Positions 8,724 to 17,033 of a stretch of DNA of 64,000 nucleotides are shown piece by piece (within the stretch, counting starts at the first letter, position 1; the number at the start of each line of letters is the position of its first letter). A model generated the notes under the pieces. That model had not been told where the DNA came from, searched no databases, and was given only the letters and a program-made list of their open reading frames with translations. Origin of the DNA: an uncultured delta proteobacterium (lineage in GTDB: Bacteria; Myxococcota; Kuafuiibacteriia; Kuafuiibacteriales; Kuafuiibacteriaceae); contig CAWDML010000002.1 in the NCBI GenBank assembly GCA_963803435.1, positions 64,001-128,000 on the forward strand, in the 5' to 3' direction. The position numbers and the translations under genes were made by a program.

Positions 8724-10093
8724 GGCGGAGGCTGGCCTACCTCGACGGGTTTATCCCGTCCACCGATTTTCCGATCGGATGGTCGGTCGTTGGAGGAGCG
8801 CCACACCGAGAAGAGCAGAAGCAGCGAGAAGGTCACCGCAAAACCGGCCCAAAACCAGAGGAACTTCGAAGGGTTCTTCTTCGGAGGCCGGGTGTCGGGG
8901 GCGCTCCTCGAGGGGACCGGGGCGGGCGGGGCAAGCGAAGCGCGCAGCGAGCCCCCGCGTGCCGAGTCGGGGGCCACGGCTCCGCCCGGGCGGTCCCCGG
9001 CGGACCCCGCGGTCGGCTGCTCGGACTGGAAGAGCTCGAGCCGCGTCCGCAGGGCCATCCCCGGCGCCCACGAACCGTCCAGGGATCGCTCCGATCCGAG
9101 ATCCACGTCGTCCTTGGTGAACTCGCTCGGACGGACCACGGCGTCGAGCTCGGCCAGGACAGCCTCGAAGCTGTCGCCGTCGATCTCGGTTCGGTGGGAG
9201 TCCTGCTCGATCCGCTCCCGGTGCTCTGCGAAGACGGACAGCTCCTCCCGGGCCACCTGGCGGATCCAGGCCGCCAGCGCCGGACGCCCGTCCTGCTCGT
9301 CCTCCGCATCGAGGTCCGCGTAAAAGATGCGCGTCAGCGCGTCCGCCAGACCGCGGACGTCGACCGGCTCGGCGGCGGGATCGAGGGCCCGGTTCATGAG
9401 GGCCTCCAGGGCCGACGGCGCCCGGTGGGTGGGGAGATAGACCGCGCGCGCCTCGTCGCGGGCCTCCGTGAAGAGGCGCCCCGTCAGCAGCTCCCAGAGG
9501 ATCGCGGCGATCCCGAACGCGTCGAGGCGCGGATGGAGCGCGGCGTCGGTGAGCCAGCGCGGCTCCACGTAGCGGAGGTCGACCCAGCTGGTCAGCGCGG
9601 TCTGGGCGAGGGACGCGTGCTCGGCGGCGAGACCGAAGTCGACCTTCACCGCGCCCAGGCGGGTCACCATCACGTGCTCGGGGTTGAGGCCGCCGTGGGC
9701 CTCTCCGATCGAGTGGGCGTGCGCGATGCCCTCGGCCATCTGGCGTGCGATCCACACGGCGAGCGGCGCCGCGATCGGGCCGCTTCGCCTGAGCGCGCAC
9801 GCTAGGTCGATCCCCTCGAGGGCCTCCAGGAGCTGGGCGGTCAGCTCGGTCGTGTCGAAGCGCCCATAGCAGTGCACCACCTGCTGGTGCTCGACCTTCT
9901 GCGCGATCCGGCTGGCGACGGCGAGGCGGGCGTCGAGGGCCGGGCCGTCTGGCCGAGAGGGGTGGGCGCGGCGGGCCACTACCAGCGCGGGCAGCCCCAA
10001 ACGAGCCTTACCCCGTGGACGCGCCAGCCACTCCTCGTAGGGGCCAACGTTACGAAGATAGGCGAGCAGCTCGAACCCGGCCGGGCTCTGCAT
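8720..10093 (-). CDS. Membrane-anchored Ser/Thr kinase-like protein, probable pseudokinase
   Basis: Kinase-fold remnants (HGGLNPEHV, VKVDFGL, DAFGIAAILWELLTG) and a C-terminal TM helix. Confidence 0.8.
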   Translation of the reverse strand: MQSPAGFELLAYLRNVGPYEEWLARPRGKARLGLPALVVARRAHPSRPDGPALDARLAVASRIAQKVEHQQVVHCYGRFDTTELTAQLLEALEGIDLACALRRSGPIAAPLAVWIARQMAEGIAHAHSIGEAHGGLNPEHVMVTRLGAVKVDFGLAAEHASLAQTALTSWVDLRYVEPRWLTDAALHPRLDAFGIAAILWELLTGRLFTEARDEARAVYLPTHRAPSALEALMNRALDPAAEPVDVRGLADALTRIFYADLDAEDEQDGRPALAAWIRQVAREELSVFAEHRERIEQDSHRTEIDGDSFEAVLAELDAVVRPSEFTKDDVDLGSERSLDGSWAPGMALRTRLELFQSEQPTAGSAGDRPGGAVAPDSARGGSLRASLAPPAPVPSRSAPDTRPPKKNPSKFLWFWAGFAVTFSLLLLFSVWRSSNDRPSDRKIGGRDKPVEVGQPPP

Positions 10094-10191
10094 CCCGCGA
10101 TCATCCCGGAAACCATCGAGAAAATCGAAGGGAGACTCGGGTCACGCAAAAAAATGTCCGCAACTCCGTCCCGACCGCCTACGATACTCCC

Positions 10192-10704
10192 GTGGCGCCC
10201 AGCCTCAAGCCGCTCGGTCTCTCGACGGAGCGCCTCGATCAGCCTCAGCTCCAGGCGCGGCTTCAGCTTCAGCTCCGGATCCCCACGCAGTCGGTCGACA
10301 AGACCAAGCCGGAGGATCGCACCGAACGCGAGGACGAGGGTCGCGCCGGGGGATGGAGCCGGCAAGAGTCCGTGGTGTTGGCGCAAGGTGACTTGCAATC
10401 GGGGCGCGACAGCTGGCGCCGCTTTCAGAGCGGGACCGGCCGTCGCAGCAACTTCGGCGCGATCCAGATCGACGGCCCCTCGCCCAAGAAGACGCTCACC
10501 CCCACGACGGTGTTGCCGGAGGCCTCGGGCCCCTGGACGACGATCGATCGGTGGCACGGACGCGCGGCGCGCTTCGAGGAGTGGGGCCGGAAGACCGCCG
10601 AGCAGATGGGGAGCGATCCCGCGCTCGATCTCGACCCGCAGTCTCCGGTTCCGCGAACGCAGGGCGGTCAGAGCAAGCGGCGCCGCCGCTATCGCCTTGC
10701 CTGA
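10192..10704 (+). CDS. Hypothetical protein
   Basis: GC3-biased frame from GTG 10192; no recognisable motif. Confidence 0.55.
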   Translation: MAPSLKPLGLSTERLDQPQLQARLQLQLRIPTQSVDKTKPEDRTEREDEGRAGGWSRQESVVLAQGDLQSGRDSWRRFQSGTGRRSNFGAIQIDGPSPKKTLTPTTVLPEASGPWTTIDRWHGRAARFEEWGRKTAEQMGSDPALDLDPQSPVPRTQGGQSKRRRRYRLA

Positions 10705-10728
10705 GCCCCGGTCGGAACGGTTGTCGGA

Positions 10729-10797
10729 CTAGGAGCGTGTAGCGCGTGGCGCTACCGCGAGCCCGGTCCGGGTCCCGGTCCCGGTCCCGGTCCCGAT
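10729..10797 (+). repeat. Element arm copy 1: CTAG-GAGCGT-GTAG-hairpin plus six CCCGGT-type hexamers (REP-like)
   Basis: Near-identical to 48087-48155 and to the reverse complement of 23182-23250; more diverged inverted copy at 11203-11272. Confidence 0.92.
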
Positions 10798-10802
10798 GGC
10801 GA

Positions 10803-10983
10803 TCATGCAGCCCGGCGTGCGTTCATCGACTTGATGAGGCGCGTGAGCCTCTCGACAACGCGCTTGAGCTTGGCTCTGGCGGCTTGGACCTGCTGCTCGT
10901 TGGCGAGTCGGCGCCTCAAGCAGGTGTGGAGTGAGGCGGCGCTTTCGGTGCCAGAGCGAAGTGCCATCCGGTAGAAGCGAGCC
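10803..10983 (-). pseudogene. C-terminal fragment of a four-helix-bundle (23S-IVP/Avd-like) protein
   Basis: ARFYRMALRSGTESAASL...LTRLIKSMNARRAA, near-identical to 22997-23176. Confidence 0.85.
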
Positions 10984-11135
10984 CCCGCGAGGCGAGCGAC
11001 CGTACTCGCCTCGAATGATGATCGCGCTGCTTCTGTACGCCTACTGCACCGGCATCTATTCGTCGCGGAGGATCGCGCGGGCGACCTACGAAGACATTCC
11101 ACTCCGGGTGCTGGCCGGAGAAAGTCATCCCCACC
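10984..11135 (+). pseudogene. IS1182-family transposase N-terminal fragment (DUF772-like)
   Basis: PYSPRMMIALLLYAYCTGIYSSRRIARATYEDIPLRVLAGESHP motif. Confidence 0.85.
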
Positions 11136-11202
11136 TGCTCAAGCTCTACCGATCGAAGCTCGCGACCGTCGCGAGCGTCTGACTCAAGGCAGCCATCTTC
11201 AG

Positions 11203-11272
11203 ATCGGGACCCGGACCGGGACCGGGACCCGGACCGGGGTCGCGTGAGCGCTTACGCGCTACACGCTCCTAG
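11203..11272 (-). repeat. Element arm copy 2 (inverted; diverged hairpin)
   Basis: Reverse complement reads CTAGGAGCGTGTAG CGCGTAAGCGCTCACGCG followed by hexamers; its CTAG overlaps the TAG stop of 11269-11769. Confidence 0.9.
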
Positions 11273-11769
11273 GACGGGACGTCGACCGAGAAGGGCTTGG
11301 TCCGGGGGCGGTCGCACGCGTCCTCGGTGCACACCTGCCAGCGGAACGTTCCGGTCGCGTGGTTGTCGGTGGCGCCCTGCTTTTTCTGGACGGGCGCCAC
11401 GATGCGCGCGGCGCCTTCCACGATCACCGAGCGTCCGATCGGGAGGTCCTTGGTCTCGCCTTCGGGATACTTGACCTCGCCCGCGGACGTGTAGGCGCTC
11501 GTGTCGTCCAGCGTCAGGTTCAACGGTTTCCCGATCGTCTCACCGACCGTGTACGCGTGGTATCCAGGTGCGATCTTCACGTCGACGACCAGCGCCTTGC
11601 CGGTCCCGTCGTACTGGATCTGATACTCGAACGCCTTCTGCCAGTCGGGCTCGGGGGGCGACTTCACCTCCGCCACTCCCGGCTCGCCGCGGGGCGGCGG
11701 CGCCTCCTGTCGCGCGTCGGGACACGCGCAAAGCTGAGAGGCGAGGAACAGGAGACCCAATCGACGCAT
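11269..11769 (-). CDS. DsbD N-terminal-domain-like lipoprotein
   Basis: Lipobox-like LCAC, IAPGYHAY, VKYPEG and WQVCTEDAC (CxxxxC). Confidence 0.75.
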   Translation of the reverse strand: MRRLGLLFLASQLCACPDARQEAPPPRGEPGVAEVKSPPEPDWQKAFEYQIQYDGTGKALVVDVKIAPGYHAYTVGETIGKPLNLTLDDTSAYTSAGEVKYPEGETKDLPIGRSVIVEGAARIVAPVQKKQGATDNHATGTFRWQVCTEDACDRPRTKPFSVDVPS

Positions 11770-11857
11770 GCGTCTCCTTCTATAGCACCCGACGGATGTT
11801 CAGTCGCGTCGGGAAACGGATTTACTGTTTTGGTCGCGGGAAAGTATGGGAGGGGCC

Positions 11858-14800
11858 ATGTACCGAAGAGGGCTGTGCGCGGTGCTCATCTTTGCCGCGG
11901 TCGCGAGCTGCCTCGGCTTCGGCGCGGGCTCCAAGGCGTTCAAGAGCGGCGAGGACGCGCAGAAGGCAGGAGATCTCGAGGAGGCGTACCGCCAATACAA
12001 GGCGGCGCTCGAGGGCGAGCCGAAGAACACGCGCTACCGGCAGGCCGTCGAGGACACGGGTAAGGAGCTCGCACGCGCACACCGGGCCGAGGCCCGCGCG
12101 AAGGAGAAGTCGCAGGACTGGGCCGGCGCGTCGGAGGCCTGGGCGCGCGCGGCCGAGTACGCACCGAACGACGCCGAGCTCCAGGTGCGGCGCGATCTCT
12201 CGGCGCTGAAGGCGAAGAACCTGGGACCGGACGAGTGGTACGACGGCGTCAAGGTTGTCTTTGACAAGTATCCTCAGCAGAAGGTCGTCGGGCGCACCCT
12301 CGAGGGCGCGCGTGCGGCCGCCTATCAGTACAACGTCAATCTCGGACAGCAGTTTCTCGGCAGCGGCGAAGGGGCTCGCGCCCACACGTACTTCGAGCGT
12401 GCCCGGACGATCGACCCGACGACGCCGGGGCTCTCGCCGGAGCTCCTCACCAAGGCGGAGGCGCTGGCGATGGCCGAGGACGCCGGTGCCCGGCTGGAGG
12501 CCGGCGACGCCGTCACTGCCTACGACCTCTACGGGAAGGCCTACGAGAAGATGCCGCTCCCGGAGATCAAGCGCGACATGGCAAAGGCCCGGGCGAAGGC
12601 CAGCGCGATCCTGACGAAGCTGGAGTCGGCGCGGGATCGGGTGAAGCGCAAGCGTTACGTCGACGCGCTGCGGATCTACGGGACGATCCTCGACCTCGAG
12701 GGGGCACCACCGTTCGTCGAGCAAGAGGCGGCGACGGTGCGTCAGGATCTGCTCGCGGACATGGTGGCCGACGCCAACGCGCGGGCGGAGAAGCGTCAGG
12801 TCCGACAGGCGCACCAGATCCTCACCAACGCGCTCTCGTATGCGAACCTGGGGAGGGTCGAGCGCGACACGTACAAGGCGGCGATCGATCATGCGCGCGC
12901 CGGCCGACCGAAGACCGCCATGGAGGTGCTCGACAAGGTCGGGCTCGAGGCGACGAACCCGCTGTATGGCGCCGCGCATAACCTGGCGCTGGCGGCGGCG
13001 AGGGATCAACTGGCCAACGCCGAGCGGACGGCGAAGCGCAGCGCCGAGAAGGCGCTCGCCATGCTGGTGGAGCTCCAGCCGTTCGAGGGCGAGATCCAGG
13101 AGATCGCGGCGCTCCAGCGCCAGCTGCGCGCCGGCTCCTTCCAGGAGCTGCTCGACGAGGCCCTGGTGCAGGCGAAGAAGGGCGATGCGACCGAGGCATC
13201 GACGCTGTTGCTGGCGGCGCTGAACGCGAGCAACGCTCCCGCCAACATGCGGGAGCCGGCGGCGGAGGGGTGCGATCACTTGAAGGAGGCGCACTTCGCC
13301 GCCGCGCAACAGTCGTTCGAGAAGGCGCTCGTGACGGCGCCGCGATCGAAGCTGGCGGAGCGCGCGATTGAGATCTCGCAGCTCATGCGCAAGAGCGGCG
13401 AGCAGGCCGCGGTCGAGGTGATCCAGAGCGGCAAGGGCGATCAGGAGCGGGCGGTCGCGACGCTCGAGGACGCGCTGGCCGTCGAGCCGAATCATCGAGG
13501 CGCGAGGGAGGCCCAGAAGGCGCTGCTGTCGCGGGCGAAGGGCAAGGGGACGGACGCGGAGGTCGCCTCGCTCTTGCAGCTGGCGGCGAGGCTGTCGCCG
13601 GGCGGCGTGAAGAAGGCGATCGACGACGGCGTCGCAAAGCTGGCCGCCGCGGATCACGCAGGCGCCGAGAGCGCGTTCGGTGAAGCCAAGGGCGACGAGG
13701 TGGCGGAGGTTGGGCGAGAGATCGCGCGCACGCGCATGCTCGCGGCTCTCAGCTCGGGCGCGAAGGGTGCGGCCAAAGGCGACGAGGCAGCGGCCAATGC
13801 GCTGGCGCAGCTGCTCCAGAAGGATCCGGCGAACCGTGACGCGCAGGCGGCGGTGAGGTCGCTGATCGCGCAAGCCACCGAGCACGCGGACAAGAAGGAG
13901 GACACCGAGGCAGCACGGTTCCTTCGTCTCGCCACGATCGCGACGAGTCCGGCGCCGGGGGTGAAGAACCAGCTCGACTCCGGCAACAGCGCGCTGGCCA
14001 AGGGCGACATGATCGCCGCCGAGAAAGCGTTCGCGGATGCGCTCGACATCGAGCCCGAGAACAAGGTCGCTTCCGCCGGATATCAGATCGCCAAGCAGGC
14101 CCGGGTCGGCATGCTCGACTCCGCGGTCGCCGAGGCCAAGGCCAGCGGCAACGCGTCGCGGGCAGGGGAGGCGCTGCGGAAGACGCTCGAGATCGATCCG
14201 ACGAGCCCCGAGGCGAAGAAGGCGTTCGGGGAGCTGCTGGCGGAGGCGAAGCGCCAGGGCGACGCCGGCAACGATGCGCAGGCGGCCGGGCTGCTCGACG
14301 CCGCCAATGTGGCCTCGAAGCCGGAGGCCGCCAAGAAGAAGATCTCCGAAGCGATCGGCATGCTGGCGAAGGGCGACCATGATGGTGCCTCGGCGGCCTT
14401 CGGCGCGATCATCAGGGACGCCGAGTCCCAGGTGGCCACCACGGGCAAGCAGATCGCAGACGCGCGTCGGAGGACCGTGCTGGTCGAGCGCGCAAAGGCG
14501 CTCGAGAATGGCAGTGATCTGGCGAGTGGCGCCGCGGCGGTGGCGTCGCTGCTCGCGATCGATCCGGCGGACGCGTCCGCGAAGCGTGCGATCGACGCGA
14601 CGTTGATACGTGCCGAGAAGGCGTCGGCCGACGGCGATGACAAGCTCGCCGCCCGCGAGCTCACCGCCGCCGCCACTGCGCGCAGCGAGGACGCTTCGCT
14701 GGCCATTGGCATCGGGAAGCTGGAGGCGGGGCGGTTCCAGGAGGCGGAGGAAGCGTTCACCGACACCGAGTCGCCGGTGGCCGTCGCGGGACAGAAGATC

Positions 14801-16447
14801 GCGCGCGGACGCCGTCTCGGCACTCTGCGCGAGAACCTGACGGGACAGGGCGACGACGCTGCCCGGGCGATCGCGCTCCTGCTCAAGACGGATCCCGGCA
14901 ACAAGGAGGCGAGGAAGGCCTTCGAGCAGCTGCTCGACGAGGCGCGCAAGGCAGGTCGAAACAACGACGATGCGACGGCGTCCGACAAGATCAAGCTGGC
15001 TTGCATCGCCTCAAATCCTCCGGACGACCTCCGCTCGGCGATCGAGGCCGGCGTGATGCGGCTGGCGGAGAGCAAGCACGCCGAGGCCGAGAAGGCCTTC
15101 CTGGAGGCGGTGGCGCTGGCGAAGGACTCGAAGGTGGCGCGCGTGGGCGTCGAGGTGGCGCGCACGCGTCGGACCACGATCGAGAAGAACGCCCGGACCG
15201 CGCTGGGGAAGCCCGGCGATCCCAGGCCGCACGCGCGCGTCCTGCAGGAGAGCCTGCTGGTGGAGCCGAAGTCGCGGACGGTGCGGGCCGCGCTCTACGA
15301 TCTGGTGGACCGCGCTCGCAAGGCCGCCAAGGCGGGCGCGGACTCGGAGACGGCTCAGGTGCTGGAGGCCGCCGCGCTGCTCGAGAACTCCGGCGCGGAC
15401 GTGCAGGTCAAGTTGACGGAGGCCTCAGGGCTGTACGCGCAGGGATCGTTCGAGGCCGCCGAGACGGTGTTCGGCTCGGTCGACGGCGGGGGCGCCGGGA
15501 GCAAGGTCGCCGACGTCGGGAAGAGGCTGGCGCGCGAGCGCCGTATCTCGGTCCTCGAGGCCGAGTGGCGGGAGGCGCGCCACAACAAGGATCTCCTGCG
15601 CGAGGCCGCGATCGTCCGCCAGATCCTCGACGCGGATCCTCGACATCGGGAGGCTCGCGCGGCCTCCAAGCGTCTGGAGAAGGAGGTCGGGACGAACCGC
15701 ATCGGAGCGGCCAAGACCAGCCGCGAGATGGGGAAGCTCGGTGTCGCCTACATCTACCTCGAGCGCGCGCTCAAGCTGAACGCGGACGACGACGACGCCA
15801 AGAAGGAGATGGAGGCCGTCACCGCCAAGCTGAAGGAGCGGATGGACCTGATCCTCCTGGTGGAGCGGGTCTCTCGCGAGAAGGCGGTTGGTCCCAAGGT
15901 GTGCCTCGGGTTCGACGAGGTCCTTCGCGACGAGATCATGTCGGTGTCGTCGAAGCGCACCGACCTCGGGGGCTTCGTGCTGAGCCCCGGCTGGACGAAG
16001 GCGGTCGAGGAAAAGAGCGACAAGGCGCCGGAAGTCTCGGCCAGCATCGCGGTCAAGGTGACCGAATGCGAGACGACGCCCGAGGGTGGCAAGTCCGCCT
16101 TCACCTGGGAGCTGCAGGTCCCGCGCAAGGGGATGACCGCGGCGAAGGGCGAGTTCGCGGCCGAGCTGGAGAGCGGGATCATTCCGAAGGACGAGCAGGA
16201 CGAGGCCGGCAACAACGCGAAGAAGGCGTTGGCCACCAAGGCGACTGCGGCGTTCCTCGACAGCTTCGAGGGACAGCGGGATACGATCGATCTCTGGATG
16301 CTGACGCTGGCGGAGTACGGGATGCGGCACAAGGACGTGGCCACCGTCGCGGACGCGTATGCGCGGCTGTCGATCAAGAAGCCGGAATCGATCGATCCCG
16401 CGCGGTTGGCGAAGGTGGAGAAGTACCTCACGAAAGAGCTTCGTTGA
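11858..16447 (+). CDS. Giant exported TPR-like helical repeat protein (~1530 aa)
   Basis: Signal-like N-terminus, TPR-like motifs and an internal ~120-aa super-repeat. Confidence 0.85.
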   Translation: MYRRGLCAVLIFAAVASCLGFGAGSKAFKSGEDAQKAGDLEEAYRQYKAALEGEPKNTRYRQAVEDTGKELARAHRAEARAKEKSQDWAGASEAWARAAEYAPNDAELQVRRDLSALKAKNLGPDEWYDGVKVVFDKYPQQKVVGRTLEGARAAAYQYNVNLGQQFLGSGEGARAHTYFERARTIDPTTPGLSPELLTKAEALAMAEDAGARLEAGDAVTAYDLYGKAYEKMPLPEIKRDMAKARAKASAILTKLESARDRVKRKRYVDALRIYGTILDLEGAPPFVEQEAATVRQDLLADMVADANARAEKRQVRQAHQILTNALSYANLGRVERDTYKAAIDHARAGRPKTAMEVLDKVGLEATNPLYGAAHNLALAAARDQLANAERTAKRSAEKALAMLVELQPFEGEIQEIAALQRQLRAGSFQELLDEALVQAKKGDATEASTLLLAALNASNAPANMREPAAEGCDHLKEAHFAAAQQSFEKALVTAPRSKLAERAIEISQLMRKSGEQAAVEVIQSGKGDQERAVATLEDALAVEPNHRGAREAQKALLSRAKGKGTDAEVASLLQLAARLSPGGVKKAIDDGVAKLAAADHAGAESAFGEAKGDEVAEVGREIARTRMLAALSSGAKGAAKGDEAAANALAQLLQKDPANRDAQAAVRSLIAQATEHADKKEDTEAARFLRLATIATSPAPGVKNQLDSGNSALAKGDMIAAEKAFADALDIEPENKVASAGYQIAKQARVGMLDSAVAEAKASGNASRAGEALRKTLEIDPTSPEAKKAFGELLAEAKRQGDAGNDAQAAGLLDAANVASKPEAAKKKISEAIGMLAKGDHDGASAAFGAIIRDAESQVATTGKQIADARRRTVLVERAKALENGSDLASGAAAVASLLAIDPADASAKRAIDATLIRAEKASADGDDKLAARELTAAATARSEDASLAIGIGKLEAGRFQEAEEAFTDTESPVAVAGQKIARGRRLGTLRENLTGQGDDAARAIALLLKTDPGNKEARKAFEQLLDEARKAGRNNDDATASDKIKLACIASNPPDDLRSAIEAGVMRLAESKHAEAEKAFLEAVALAKDSKVARVGVEVARTRRTTIEKNARTALGKPGDPRPHARVLQESLLVEPKSRTVRAALYDLVDRARKAAKAGADSETAQVLEAAALLENSGADVQVKLTEASGLYAQGSFEAAETVFGSVDGGGAGSKVADVGKRLARERRISVLEAEWREARHNKDLLREAAIVRQILDADPRHREARAASKRLEKEVGTNRIGAAKTSREMGKLGVAYIYLERALKLNADDDDAKKEMEAVTAKLKERMDLILLVERVSREKAVGPKVCLGFDEVLRDEIMSVSSKRTDLGGFVLSPGWTKAVEEKSDKAPEVSASIAVKVTECETTPEGGKSAFTWELQVPRKGMTAAKGEFAAELESGIIPKDEQDEAGNNAKKALATKATAAFLDSFEGQRDTIDLWMLTLAEYGMRHKDVATVADAYARLSIKKPESIDPARLAKVEKYLTKELR

Positions 16448-16866
16448 ACGCGCAGGGCCGTCTGCTCGGGATCGATCCAGGGACCAAGCGCATCGGGTTC
16501 GCGCTGTCCGACGACATGCGCTGGACGGTCCAGCCCCTCGAGGTCTGGAAGCGGCGGACGATTGAGGAGGACGTGGCCCACGTCCGCGGGTTGATCGAGA
16601 AGCACGAGGTGGTCGGGCTGGTGATCGGCGTGCCCTACACGCTCGACGGCAACGAGTCGGCGTCTACGGCGCGGGCGAAGGCGTTCATCGCCGCGCTCAA
16701 GGCCGGGATTCCGGAGGTCGCGATCCGCGAGCGGGACGAGGCGCTCACCACCTGGGAGGCGGAGTCGAAGCTGAAGGCGCTCGGGATCCCGGCGCGGCGC
16801 GAGCTGATCGATGCCTACGCGGCCGCCGTGATCCTCCAGGAAGAGCTCGACGCGACCAGCTCGTAA
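16444..16866 (+). CDS. ruvX: Holliday junction resolvase-like RuvX/YqgF
   Basis: LLGIDPGTKRIGFALSD, RDEALTT and IDAYAAAVILQ; TTG start overlaps the upstream stop. Confidence 0.92.
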   Translation: MNAQGRLLGIDPGTKRIGFALSDDMRWTVQPLEVWKRRTIEEDVAHVRGLIEKHEVVGLVIGVPYTLDGNESASTARAKAFIAALKAGIPEVAIRERDEALTTWEAESKLKALGIPARRELIDAYAAAVILQEELDATSS

Positions 16867-17033
16867 CCATTCGTTCGTAGGGTGGTTGTGGGCGATTGGG
16901 AGCTGCGGATCCGCGGCCCCCGCTGTTCGACGCGGACGGGCGGGCGCTGCCGGCCGAGAAGGACAACGGCGAGTACCGCCTCGATCAGACCGGCGACTAT
17001 CCCAACTATGTATGTCTGCGGTTGGTCGAGTAG

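Noticed and set aside
10762-10797. Hexamer arrays and repeated arms as a CRISPR array
   Set aside because: There are no unique spacers, no regular repeat-spacer period and no cas genes; the copies are dispersed
11822-14380. Long antisense ORFs (also 26806-29826, 45508-48180 and others)
   Set aside because: Shadow ORFs of high-GC coding strands with no motifs; the opposite strand encodes recognisable proteins
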